This document shows, piece after piece, positions 1-12,558 of a stretch of 38,497 nucleotides of DNA (position 1 is its first letter; each line of letters begins with the position of its first letter). Source of the DNA: Octopus bimaculoides (Eukaryota); contig NC_068988.1 in NCBI RefSeq assembly GCF_001194135.2, positions 39,536,412-39,574,908 on the forward strand, written 5' to 3'. Made by a program: the position numbers and the translations under genes. Below the pieces are notes generated by a model that saw nothing but the letters and a program-made list of their open reading frames with translations, was not told where the DNA came from and did not search any database.

Positions 1-45
<45 letters not shown>

Positions 46-1744
46 CACACATATACATTGTATATACATGTGAATATTTACATATATATGTATATAAGTA
101 TGTATATACGTACATATATAATTATTACACCGTTTGTAGTGTTTCAATTTTACAGAATGTGGGTGATCAGATTATGAATAAATTTGACGTGTTCATGCGT
201 ATTTTTATACACTTGCATATTGTGCAACTTATACACACACATTCACACACATATATACACACTATACATATATATCTTTATTTATACATGCCTGTATGTG
301 CGCGTATGCGGGTGTATGTATGTTTGCATAAACTCAAGAAACGTAAAAATGTCAAAGCAGATGAAAGAACAATACTCACAGACAGACAGAAAGGCACTTT
401 TCAAAAACTATACAGACACCAACGTTACGTAATTGCGTCCTGTATGCTCGCATTTCATATATATATATTTATACATACATATACACATATATATATGTAT
501 ACATATATATGTGTATTTCCATATATATATATATTTACATATATTTATATATATAGATATGTCTATATANNNNNNNNNNNNNNNNNNNNNNNNNNNNNNN
601 NNNNNNNNNNNNNNNNNNNNNNNNNNNNNNNNNNNNNNNNNNNNNNNNNNNNNNNNNNNNNNNNNNNNNNNNNNNNNNNNNNNNNNNNNNNATATACATA
701 CATCAAATGTATACGTAGCCATACACATACTGATACTCATATAAAGAAATGTAGATGTTCCCCATGAAGCACTGTACATGACATTATGGACTTTCTTTCG
801 AAATATATGTTTTTGTTCTTGTAAGACTTCATATACTTATCAAATGCAACCAAAACCACAAATTCACATGTATTTATATATGCACGCAAATGCACTAAAA
901 CTTACATTTGTGTGTAAACATCTTAACTTCTGATCTTAAATACGTACAGTCCTGTTGTAGAGAGATTCGCATAATGAACTCTACAGAAATGCAAAACCTG
1001 GTTGCAATAAAAAAACATAAAGATACAGTTTGATTGAAGATTTGCTTGCACACAAGAATAGAATATACTTTATCGATCTTTGAGAAATGAAAGTAAAAAG
1101 AATGAAACCCAGTAGGATTTCTAGAAAAATAAGAATTAATGCACTGCCATTCTTCTTCCGTAAAGGAAGGAAATTACACCTATCTTTATTGACTTTATAA
1201 AAATGAAAGGAAAAAAACCGAAACCAAGTAGGATTTGAACCAAGGGTAATAAAAAGTAGTGTTCTACTATTTCCATTACTTCACAACTTTAACACTAATC
1301 CCTTTTATAAATGCATGTATCATCCATATATATCAGTAACATTAATGCATGCACCAAGCGATAAACATATTTTAGGACACATAATAAGTTAAACGTATAT
1401 TTTACTAAAGACGTATAGACAAATATTTCGAACACATTTACTTGCTCTTGGCGTATTTTAGAGAATATGATGATGACTATCTCTTTGAAATTCAGATCTG
1501 TCAGTGACTGTACGTACATGCAAACCCTTTATGTGCTGCATTGGTTGTCAGCAAAATATTTAAAATCCCGTTTACAAATAAGGTGGAGAGTTCATAGGAA
1601 TGTTCAATAAATTGATTTGGAGTGCGGTGAAAGGAATGTAAACTTTTAGGTTCCTGTCTTCCTTCGAGGATTCAGGGAACAAAGCAAAAAATAAAAAATA
1701 AAAAATAAAAAAAAATAATAAAAAGGTGTTAATGGTATCGTATC

Positions 1745-1894
1745 GCTTCGAGAGCGGCTTTTGAAAATTTTTGATTCTAGGTTCAGTCCCACTGCGTGAA
1801 ATCATCGACAAGTATCTTCAACTATAATCTCGAGCCAATGAAAAGCCTTGTGAGCAGATTTGGTTGATGGAAACAAATAATCCCATCATGTATG

Positions 1895-1926
<32 letters not shown>

Positions 1927-2215
1927 TGTGTGTGTGTGTGTGTGTGTACATATATATGCACACTACATTTATGTGTATATGTATGTGTGTGTTTCGATGT
2001 GAGCGTGCGTGTCTTAGTGTTTGCGTTTGTTTCCCAGTCTGCTTGACAACCGATGTTGGTTTGTTCACCATCCTGTAACTGAGCTGTTCCAGAGAAAGCG
2101 GCCGATAGAATGAGAACCAGACTAAAAGATTAAGTACTGCGTTAGATCTGTTCGACTAAATCCCGTTTAAGTGGAGCTCCAGTATGGCCACAGTCCAGTG
2201 ATTCAAAAGAAGTAG
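1745..2215 (+). mobile_element. SINE family B (tRNA-like head, internal microsatellite, GCTTGACAACCG..CTCCAGCATGGCC tail)
   Basis: GGTTCAGTCCCACTGCGTG head, internal (TACA)n/(TG)n, then a 3' half homologous to 10830-11012. Confidence 0.75.
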
Positions 2216-2580
2216 AAGATAAGCCGGTATGATAGCCCTTTCTCCCTCTTTCAGATAAATGACATGAGCTAGGACCGGAATCTTGCTGATTCAGTCAATT
2301 TAAATTCCTTATATCTTAATTACATCGCCTGATAAATTCATCGAAGATAATCCCTCCCCGTGTAAATATATCATCGTTGAATTAATTTATTATCGGTGAA
2401 TTAAATGTTGGGAAATTTATTGCTTATTTCATTACTTTATAGGCAAAGTCTTAACTCCGTGTGAATCAACTTCGTTTTGTTTTTTTCTCCCCGGGATCAA
2501 TGAAATATAATCGATACAAGTATATCGGAATGGATATAATTGGTTATGCATCTCTCCTATTAATATTTGCAACCTTGTAA

Positions 2581-2790
2581 GGCGGTCAGCTGGCACAGAT
2601 ATCAGCACGCCGGGCAAATGTTTAGCGGCATTTCGTCCGCCTTTACGTTCTGAGTTCAAATTCCACCGAGGTCGACTTTACCATTCGGGGTCGATAAGAT
2701 AAAGCATCAGTTAGGCAGTGGGGACGATGTCATCGACTATCCTCTCGATCAATGTTTTAAGCACTGTGCCTCTATTAGAAAGAATATTTG
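2581..2790 (+). mobile_element. SINE family A (tRNA-derived; GGCGGCGAGCTGGCAG...GAGTTCAAATTCC...GGGGTCGATAA)
   Basis: B-box-like GAGTTCAAATTCC; homologous to about 10 other copies in the window. Confidence 0.85.
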
Positions 2791-4490
2791 CCACCTTGTG
2801 CCCATATATTTATTCAGCAGATACACAAATCTTGCAGGGCGGTCTTGTTCGTAAATAATAAACTTATTTCAGGAGAAAATAATCTGTACTCAAACCGTAT
2901 CAGTTCTCTTACAGCTCAAAATTTCAAGCTTAAATCAGAAGTGAGCATTACATTTTTTATAGACTAAAGTCAAAATGAAACCAAAATGTACATCTAAGTA
3001 TAAACAAATACTCCACCAGATACACACAGCACTTTCTCGTTATACATAAACATAGACTGGTACAGACAAACAGTTTTCACTTAGATATAAACAGACCAAA
3101 ATAAGAGATTGAAGAGTAGATACTTAAAGGAATTACATAAATATACATATATTTAGGTGAAAGATCAATGGAATATACTAAGACTCGTCAATAAGCAAAC
3201 AATAAAACTTCTTACACACACATACATTACTTATGTAGTGTTAGACACACTAATTCTTCTTACATACGCGTACACACACCTTTTGCACATAGTTGCACAC
3301 ACACACTTGCACACATATACACATACGCAGATGTACGTGCACACACCTTATGCTCACAATTGTACACACACATACACACACCTTATGCGCACAACTTTAC
3401 ACACACATATACATGTACACAACAACTGTTCACACACACGTATACACGCATATACACTCACACACATATACACACGACAGCATCAAACATTTGTTAATAC
3501 ACCCACCGTATGAACTCAAGTCACACGAAAATTTCGCATACATGCAACAGTCAGACACACATGACACACGCAATCATATAAAAAAGAAAACTAAATCTTG
3601 AAACACATAGACAAACACACTTTTATGCCACAAGTGGCCGTACAAAAGACATAGTTACATAACTATCGTAGTTATACATGTAAGTATGTAAATACGTGTG
3701 TGTGTATATATATGCGAGTGTGTATATATACATATATATATGCATACACACACATATATAACAAAATAAAACAAATTATGAAAGGCCATTGCAAGTGGCA
3801 TAACATCATTTATAGTAGTTAATATAGGAGTGAGAACAAAAATGTATAATCATAGCAGGAAACCAAGGAAATCCAGAGAGTGAAAGTTCATAGAGATTCA
3901 GCGTAAACGAATAAACATCCAGAAAAAAGTACTCATAGATTCGACCACCGGGATAGGTAAGTAATATGCACGAATAACTGGTGAATATTTCGCAAGTGCT
4001 GCATAAAAAAAACCCATACCTTTCCCAAGAACTCGATGTACGGATGCATGCATATAAGTAAGTACAATCATATTCGAAGACGTATTTGTGAATGAATACA
4101 CACACACACGTATCCACATGCATATCCTCGTGTACATATATATCTATCTATATCTATATCTATNNNNNNNNNNNNNNNNNNNNNNNNNNNNNNNNNNNNN
4201 NNNNNNNNNNNNNNNNNNNNNNNNNNNNNNNNNNNNNNNNNNNNNNNNNNNNNNNNNNNNNNNNNNNNNNNNNNNNNNNNNNNNNNNNNNNNNNNNNNNN
4301 NNNNNNNNNNNNNNNNNNNNNNNNNNNNNNNNNNNNNNNNNNNNNNNNNNNNNNNNNNNNNNNNNNNNNNNNNNNNNNNNNNNNNNNNNNNNNNNNNNNN
4401 NNNNNNNNNNNNNNNNNNNNNNNNNNNNNNNNNNNNNNNNNNNNNNNNNNNNNNNNNNNNNNNNNNNNNNNNNNNNNNNNNNNNNNNNNN

Positions 4491-4846
4491 AGTGGACTCG
4501 CGGTCATAGGATTGCGGTTTCGATTCCCAGACCGGGCATTGTGAGTGTTCATTGAGCGAAAACACCTAAAGCTCCATGAAGCTCTGGCAGGGGATGGTGT
4601 CGAACCCTGCTGTACTCTTTCACCACAACTTTCTCTCACTCTTACTTCCTGCTTCAGTTGTACCTGTAATTCAAAGGGTCAGCCTTGTCACACAGTGTCA
4701 CGCTGAATATCCCTGAGAACTACATTAAGGGTACACGTGTCTGTGGAGTGCTCAACCACTTGCACGTTAATTTCACGAGCAGGCTGTTCCGTTGATCGGA
4801 TCAACTGGAACCTTCGACGTCGTAAGCGACGGAGTGCCAACAACAA
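4491..4846 (+). mobile_element. SINE family C (tRNA-like head; body shared with 8638-8945)
   Basis: B-box-like GGTTTCGATTCC; 4660-4812 aligns to 8766-8925. Confidence 0.7.
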
Positions 4847-5198
4847 TAGCCACCGCTATGAAAATGTTTTTAAGTTTTCTACCCTTATAATTATTATGTG
4901 TAAGGACTTAAAGTTTGGTCGCAATTTAGCATACAATTTAGTTATTGCAATTTACTATTAATACCGTTACAAAGTACATTGGATTATATCTCTTTTTGTT
5001 GTAGTTTTATTAAAGTTAGTGTTTAATCCTGCCTATATATCGATTGATTGAAATATTGTGGTTATTAAGCTTTTACTTTTATAATTATACTACGGAAGAA
5101 GGTAGGGATTATTGAATTTGATTATCGATACGGTTGTACATCGGATAAATGTGTTTGAAAGCTGTGGTTTCTTTGGTTTGTTTGTTTCCAAACAACAG

Positions 5199-5300
5199 TT
5201 TAGTGCTGCTGCCAGCGCCGGATAGAATGGTACTGTCCAGGTGTCGAAACCATACTGAAATCCATGGGGCAGCTGATGATGGAGATATGTTGGATTGTTG
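5199..5300 (+). CDS. Candidate exon (102 nt from 5199, or 97 nt from 5204), gene unidentified
   Basis: GC-richer unique island with a pyrimidine tract, AG at 5197-5198 and 5202-5203, and donor gtaagg at 5301. Open readings are LVLLPAPDRMVLSRCRNHTEIHGAADDGDMLDC or CCCQRRIEWYCPGVETILKSMGQLMMEICWIV. Confidence 0.2.
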
Positions 5301-5398
5301 GTAAGGTTGTGGAATGGTATTATAACACATCCTTTTGATATATATAAATATATATATATACATATATATATAGGAGAGAATATACAAATAATAACAAC

Positions 5399-5533
5399 AG
5401 ACGAGGACAGGTGGTGTAAATAACAAAAGGATATATTAGTATGACGCTCGGGAATACGGAAAGTCTTTGACGTTTCGAGCTACGCTCTTCAACAGAAAGA
5501 ATACGGAGACAAGGAGAAAAACACGGAGAAAAA
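5399..5533 (-). repeat. Dispersed repeat (Penelope pLTR-like) with a minimal hammerhead-like motif at 5464-5500
   Basis: Near-identical to 12002-12141. The minus strand reads TCTTT-CTGTTGA-A-GAG/cgtag/CTC-GAAA-C-GTC-AAAGA: 5-bp stem I, 3-bp stem II, helix III reduced to the ACGT palindrome. Confidence 0.55.
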
Positions 5534-7099
5534 AAATTGAATAGTGTTCAGTCAACGGTCAATCATATATATATATATATATATATATATANNNNNNNNN
5601 NNNNNNNNNNNNNNNNNNNNNNNNNNNNNNNNNNNNNNNNNNNNNNNNNNNNNNNNNNNNNNNNNNNNNNNNNNNNNNNNNNNNNNNNNNNNNNNNNNNN
5701 NNNNNNNNNNNNNNNNNNNNNNNNNNNNNNNNNNNNNNNNNNNNNNNNNNNNNNNNNNNNNNNNNNNNNNNNNNNNNNNNNNNNNNNNNNNNNNNNNNNN
5801 NNNNNNNNNNNNNNNNNNNNNNNNNNNNNNNNNNNNNNNNNNNNNNNNNNNNNNNNNNNNNNNNNNNNNNNNNNNNNNNNNNNNNNNNNNNNNNNNNNNN
5901 NNNNNNNNNNNNNNNNNNNNNNNNNNNNNNNNNNNNNNNNNNNNNNNNNNNNNNNNNNNNNNNNNNNNNNNNNNNNNNNNNNNNNNNNNNNNNNNNNNNN
6001 NNNNNNNNNNNNNNNNNNNNNNNNNATATATATATATATATATATACAAATAAGAAGCACATGTTAAGTACAGGACTTCACCATCGAGTGAAAATTATGT
6101 AAACACACAGAGGTAAGTACAAGACAACATACCAAAAGATGTCTAACTCCTCCTCAGTTGTCGTCTGTTTTACTACTCCCTACTTCGTGCTTTTAACGAC
6201 AAGATAGGAAAAATTCATAAGACAGCAGCATCTAGAAATTTTAAATTTATAATATTTGTGGAGAGTTAGGACTTCGAACGAACAAACAACAACTGAGTGG
6301 ATGTCCAGTGTAAACAATCGACGAAAGAAACATTAAGGGCCGTTAGGCCAAGACGAATTATAATGGGTAACGCCGGGGAGAAATTTTTTAATGAAATAGA
6401 ATAAATAGAAGAGAAGAAAATAGTAGAAGAGAAAAAGATGTCGGGAGGCGAGAAAAAGGACGTCCAGCCCGATGGACATCTTGTCCAGAAAAGGCAGGGG
6501 CGAAAGAAATGGCCTGTAGTTATGTGTGACCAACAGGCAGAAGGGAGGCGGACAAGAGAGAGGATAACAGAAAGAAACAAACGGAGCGAGGAGAAGGGAG
6601 AAGGCACGAAAGATAGTAGGTAGTGGGAGAAAGAGGTCAGCAAAGAAGGAAGGAGAAACTGAAAATATAGAGGGTTATAGAGGGATAGAGAGAAAGAAAG
6701 AAAACAGAGTGTGGAATCGCAGAAATTATATATAAATGTAAGAATTTACTGCGGACAGTATAAATAAATAAAATACACACGATTATATATAAATAAAATA
6801 CACACACACACATACACGCACACACACATATAGGTGCAGGCGTGGGTGTGTGATAAGAAACTTGTTTCCCAACAACATGGTTCCACTTTAGTCCCATCAA
6901 AGAAATAGACCACCTCTATACTAGCCTCTTAGAATATCACTGAACATTTACTTATAAAACCCGAAAATTAACAATCGATCGGAGTTGAGCCGGTGTCTCC
7001 TATGACAGTGTCCAACTGATGGTGAATGGCCTACAACAACAGCTTCGGTTTGTTTACACCAACATTCGGACAGCCGGCAACACTTAAAGGGTGACTGCC

Positions 7100-7110
7100 A
7101 CTACTACTAC

Positions 7111-7150
<40 letters not shown>

Positions 7151-7233
7151 CTGTATATCTGAATACATACATACATATACGTACATATATATATATATGT
7201 ATAGATACACACACACACACACACGCACACACA

Positions 7234-7326
<93 letters not shown>

Positions 7327-7330
7327 TCAC
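7100..7330. repeat. (ACT)n, (AT)n and (AC)n microsatellite block
   Basis: Directly visible. Representative of many similar blocks, e.g. 1-120, 8530-8600, 9678-9730, 14100-14430, 25510-25820, 31590-31690, 32480-32545, 33190-33265, 35080-35240. Confidence 0.95.
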
Positions 7331-7816
7331 GCATACATGTATTAATGTTTTTGGGGCTCCTTATGAATGGTAGATGTATTGGTAGCTATGTAAGCTTAAA
7401 GAAAAAATTATTTCTCCATTTTTAATGCTTACTGAAGTGCGTTTTATTATCTTCAGTGTTCGTATTTAATACGTTTTTTATGCGAATATTTATTGCCGTA
7501 TTACAATGATTAATTTTAAACTCGTGTCACTATGGTGTACTCTTCGAGCTGAAACCTGTACATTACTGGATAGAACACAATAAATTCAAAATTTTATATA
7601 CCACAATTTGAAATTAAGCAACATTATGTTAAGAATTAACATACACCATCCTTAATATTAGTTATTTACATTAGAAAAATACAAATTATGGAACTAATTT
7701 TATGAATAATGCAATGTTCTATATTCTTTATACTTGTTGAATTTAATTGTCTCAAGCTACGTCGAACGTCAGTTACATGCTAGTACTATATTGTTGTTCA
7801 TATTGTATATTTTATT

Positions 7817-8023
7817 CTTTTATACTGTGGGCACAAGACCCGAAATTTTGGGGAGGGAGCCAGTCGATTAGATTGACGAGTATGCAACTGGTACTTAATT
7901 TATATACGCCAAAAAGACGAAAGGCAAAGTCGACCTCAGCGAAATTTGAACCTTAGAACGTAAAGATAGACGAAATACCACAAAGCATTTCGTCCGGCGT
8001 ACTAACGTTTCTGCCAGATCGCT
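7817..8023 (-). mobile_element. SINE family A
   Basis: Reverse-complement homology to 2581-2790 and 29352-29560. Confidence 0.85.
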
Positions 8024-8046
8024 ATCTTAATATTGTATATTTTATT

Positions 8047-8256
8047 CTTTTCTACTCTAGGCACAAGGTCCGAAATCTTTGGAGAGGGGGCCAGTCGATT
8101 AGATCGATCCCAGTACTTAACTGGTACTTAATTTCTCGACCTCAAAAAGATGAAAGGCAAAATCGACCCCAGCCGAGTTTGAACTCAGAAGGTAAAGGCA
8201 GATGAAATACCGCTCAGCATTTCACCCGGCGTGCTAACGTTTCTGCCAGCTCGCCG
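8047..8256 (-). mobile_element. SINE family A (tandem with 7817-8023)
   Basis: Reverse-complement homology to family A; flanked by 17-bp direct repeats. Confidence 0.85.
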
Positions 8257-8531
8257 ACTTAATATTGTATATTTTATTGGCGGCCTCTCGATGTGGAATT
8301 TTCTACTAACTTCTTGAGCAAGTAATACTTGATAATCTTAACATACATGAGTTGACGTTAGAGATACGTCGGGTTAGACGTGCCTGGTGTTATCTGTGTA
8401 GTCTGTTTATTTCATCTTCAAGATGCATGAGACAGGCTAAATTTGTGTATATATAAACGAGCACACGCGCACAGTCACTCTCTCCCCTCTGTTTCTCTCT
8501 CTCTCTCGTTCTGTCTCTCTGTCACACACAT

Positions 8532-8603
<72 letters not shown>

Positions 8604-8637
8604 ATGTCTGTTATACCGATTCACGAAGGCGTATGTC

Positions 8638-8945
8638 TAAGTGGTTAAGTGGCCAGGTTATTCACCTCACGATCGTGAGTTCGGACCCTGCGGCGCTTTG
8701 TGTCTCTTGAGCAATACACTTTATTTCACGTTGCCTCAGTTCACTCAGCTGGCAAAAATGATTTCTACATGTAATTCAAAGTGCCAACCATGTCACATTC
8801 TGTGTCACACTTAATCTCATTGAGAACTACGTTAAGTGTATGCGTGTCTGTGGAGTGCTCAGCCACTTGCATGCACGTTAATTTCACGAGCAGGCTATTT
8901 CCGTTGAAAGGTTCAACTGGAACCCTCGTCTTCATTACTGATGGA
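8638..8945 (+). mobile_element. SINE family C variant with a different head
   Basis: AAGTGGTTAAG..GAGTTCGGACCC head, GTGTCTCTTGAGCAATACACTT core, then the shared body. Confidence 0.7.
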
Positions 8946-9675
8946 GGTCCATTTTTGCTTGTATCAATTCATCCGTTAAGTGCAGAAAATATTGAAATGT
9001 TTCAAATAAATATAAAAATTCAGCGCCAGGTTTTCCCTGTAAACAATGTTTTAAAGTTATCTTTTATTTACGGCATTTTAGCTATCTTAAGCTTAGGGAT
9101 ATATTATATACGCTCCATATTCCAGGCTATAAAAATTTGTATGTGGGTTGGCATTAAACTACATATCCCATACATGTCTAAGCAACTTAATAGCTTTACA
9201 TCTACTTTCTTCCCGCTTTTTCCCGTAATTTTTCTATTCTATCAAGCTTTAGTTTGTTATGCCATGTGGGCAGAGCCTGGTTGAACTATTAGACATTTCA
9301 TACATGTTATTATTCACATTTCTCTAATTAAAATCTACTTCTTAAAAAATGTATACACAAAAAATCTTTTACCGGATTCATAATATAAGCAAGAGGAAAA
9401 AAAGCACAAGCAAAATTCTGTGAAACCATAACAAATAGATTAAGGAATGTTTTACGAAACAATCAGTGATAAGTCTCACCTAAACCTGCTTTAAGTATGT
9501 TGCCAAATTCATCAGAAGAAGCTCATCATTCACTAGCAATTCTAAATATCTCAGGAAGAGTAAATATGGAAACATAAAAAAAAGAACAAGAAACTGACAC
9601 AACGAATTTAAAGTGAACTTCAAATGAACGAGAATTTGTAAGTTGTGAATATAGCATGCGAAGACAGCGCAAAAT

Positions 9676-9727
<52 letters not shown>

Positions 9728-10092
9728 CACACAAACAGCCAAAGACACACATGCACACGCACACACAATCGCGTGTACACACACATAATCGCGCGTACAC
9801 ACACACGCATAGAGTGAGAAATTGAGAATGGGTTAAGGGAATTAGGATCTCTGAAAACAATGCGGAAATATAAATGATACAAAATGCTTTGACTACGACG
9901 TTTCAGAGGTAGATTTCCACGAAGAAGCACTGGCAAACATTTCAAATAAGTGATGTTTGGATAAGTAAGGGATTTCCTAGGAATCCCAGCATTTATCAAC
10001 AACTCTGAACGCTTTCCGAAAACTTTGAAAGGGAATTTTTAACAAACAGTCACTTAGAACATTAACTATACACTTAGGACGTTGCCTTTGTT

Positions 10093-10404
10093 TTGGAAAG
10101 TCTTGTAAAAAAATGTCTTGCTGTTCCATATCCTATGAATAGTTATTCCAGACATTTGCATACTCGAATCTGGTATGAGCTTATAAAGAACATTTTATCT
10201 CTATCATTCACTCAAAGCAGTAGCAAACGTGCTTTCAGCATATTAAAAACAGTAAAATTGCGATTAGATTTTATATTATCAAAGGAAATCCTGAAAACGT
10301 TGAATTTCATGAACCATAAAACAGATTTACTAACTAAAAGTTCGGTGGATGAAATCTTTTGCATAAAAAGCTCAAAAAAGTTTACCCGATCACTTGTGGT
10401 GTAG
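10093..10404 (+). mobile_element. hAT-superfamily transposase remnant (C-terminal dimerisation region)
   Basis: ILSLSFTQSSSKRAFSILKTVKLRL resembles the hAT motif L.IP.TSA.SERAFS.LK.IKT.LR, followed by an SVDEIF..K..K tail. Upstream 9360-10090 may belong to the same element. Confidence 0.55.
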
Positions 10405-10617
10405 GTGATTTGTACTTCTTAAAACACACGGATGGTCCACATAAACTACGTTATTTAGCGTTAATAAACAGAATATGGGCGAAATATAGTATTATCTTTG
10501 GTTTTTAAAAGTTATTGCTAAATTTTGAGTCCATTGCAAGATTTTAGGTTTAAGTGGGCCTTTTACAGATTCATTCAGTAAAAATTTTAGGCCATGCCTG
10601 TTTCTATAGATAAATAC

Positions 10618-11012
10618 GAGGCGCGGGTGCGTGGTAAGCAGTTTGCTTCTCAAGTACGTGGTTTTGGTTTCAGTCATACTGCGTGACATCTTGGGCAAGT
10701 CTCTTCTACCATAGCCTCGGGCCGGCCAAAGCCTTGTGAGTGGATTTCCTAGACGGAAACAGAAAGAAGCTCATCGTAAAAATATGTGTGTGTGTGTGTG
10801 TGTTTGGGTCTGTGTTTGTCTCTCCATCAATGCTTGACAACCGCTGTTGGTGTGTTTACGTCCGCGTACCTCAGCGGTTTGGAAAAAGATGCAAATAGAA
10901 TAAGTGCTAGACTTCAAAATAAGCCCTGGGGTCGATTTCTTCGATTAAAACATTTTAAGGCGGTGCTCCAGCATGGGCGCAGTCTAATGACTGAAACAAG
11001 TAAAAGAGTAAA
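10618..11012 (+). mobile_element. SINE family B
   Basis: GTGGTAAG..CTTGGGCAAGT..GACGGAAAC.GAAAGAAGC-(TG)n-GCTTGACAACCG..GGGGTCGATTT..GCGGTGCTCCAGCATGG. Confidence 0.85.
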
Positions 11013-11070
11013 AAAGTGCCTGTCTATGTGTATGTATGCATTGACTATATACATACACATGCAGATGCAT

Positions 11071-11113
<43 letters not shown>

Positions 11114-12001
11114 TACCCCTCCCCCACACATATCCCCATCCCACACATGTGCGTCGATGCTTATATCTAAAGAAAGAACGGTACAAATTCTTAAATACTC
11201 TGCCAGATTTTGCAGGGAAAGCCAGATGCAGTTTAGAATAGTGTTTGAGCAAGCAGTTTAGAATAGTGTTTGGTATGTTACAGGGTGAGTGAAGAATGAG
11301 AAGTACTGGAACAATTATAGAGCTGCAGTAGCTGAGAACTAGTGTTAATACATTTTATTCTAAAATACATTCCATGGGTCTCGTTTTCATGATGTGGAAA
11401 TTTGGTCAATTACGTCAAACCTTATCTCCTATTTCTCGTATAATAACTGAGGGACAATAGCTGACACCCGGCCGCCAACGCAGTGATAACTAAATAGAGA
11501 TGTGTGCGTATTCACTTTTAATGCGAAAACGGCTTTACCAATTACTTCCATATTTCTGATGCATGAATAATTTGACCTTGAACATAGGGTGTTCACTTGA
11601 TTTTTTTTAATTAAAAATTATTTAAAATAAAAAATTTTGCTTTTTATATTACATTCACGTCTTTCAAAGATTTTAAAATATTTACTTCCGGTTTCCTACT
11701 GTCAGTGACGTAACATATCTCTTGATATCTCTCGATCCATTTCTCTATCTCTATTTATCTCTCTGTAACATATCTCTCTATCTATATCTTTTGGTTTCAC
11801 TCTCCTTTTTCGGATGCTATTCTTTTCACTTTCAACTTTCATACGCCATTGTTTCACTTCCATGTTATTCTTTTCGCTTTAAGTCTAAGTTTTGAATTGC
11901 CATTTATAAATGAACGACAAATTACTGACAGAAAGAAGTTCACAATTACTGATGTAAGTAATTTCATAATTGGGGGAGGGTGTACGAAAAAAAACAACAA
12001 A

Positions 12002-12141
12002 AGACGAGGACAGGTGGTGTAAACAACAAAAGGATGTATTGATATGACGCTCGGGAATACGGAAAGTCTTTAAGGTTTCGAGCTACGCTCTTCAACAGAA
12101 AGAATACGGAGAAAACAAGGAGAAAAACACGGAGAAAAAAA
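12002..12141 (-). repeat. Second copy of the 5399-5533 repeat, with an altered hammerhead-like motif at 12067-12103
   Basis: Direct alignment to 5399-5533. The minus strand has GAAACCTT in place of GAAACGTC. Confidence 0.55.
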
Positions 12142-12558
12142 TAAAAAGAAGTATCTTCATTAATTTCACTTCAACCCGTACGGTTTCGTGCTTTTCTGTT
12201 GTCGACGGTTTCTTTCTGGTCACTTCGATACTGGCTCTTTGGTACACTGAGTGACAAATTTTGCTTCAACCCGTACAATAATTTATTTTCCGTTAAAATT
12301 TCTTATTTATTTTCTGCCCGTCGTATTAAGAAACATAATTTCCATTACCAAGTTATTTTCATTGTTTACTATCTTCTGCACTCGTGTATTTCTGTATACA
12401 TATATAGCTATGCGTAGAAAGAAAATGTCAAATCTATCGGCATAACTACACATTTCTGTCTCCACTTCCTCCAAATTTCGATGATCATAACTTTCAGAAA
12501 AATTAATATTTTTTAATAAAATTTTCTACGAATATGTGTTGTATCTTGTCCATTTCGA

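Noticed and set aside
2443-2576. Exon-like segment with a strong acceptor and donor
   Set aside because: There are stops in all three frames unless a frameshift in the T-run is assumed, and no family is recognised.
2581-2680. tRNA-like A/B-box sequences here and in other SINE heads
   Set aside because: I could not fold a cloverleaf, and they continue into SINE bodies; they are not tRNA genes.
6125-6170. Minus-strand GACAA-CTGAGGA...TTGTC, hammerhead-like
   Set aside because: It has a CUGANGA motif and a possible stem I but no GAAA and no convincing stem II.
7800-8278. Repeat-spacer-repeat pattern superficially like a CRISPR array
   Set aside because: The spacers are about 215-bp SINE copies, the DNA is eukaryotic, and there are no cas genes.
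11228-11272. 20-bp direct repeat GCAGTTTAGAATAGTGTTTG twice, 5 bp apart
   Set aside because: An isolated small tandem duplication with no further structure.
12165-12285. 13-bp direct repeat CTTCAACCCGTAC with GAAACCGT motifs on the minus strand
   Set aside because: No CUGANGA core; I could not assign a structure or family.
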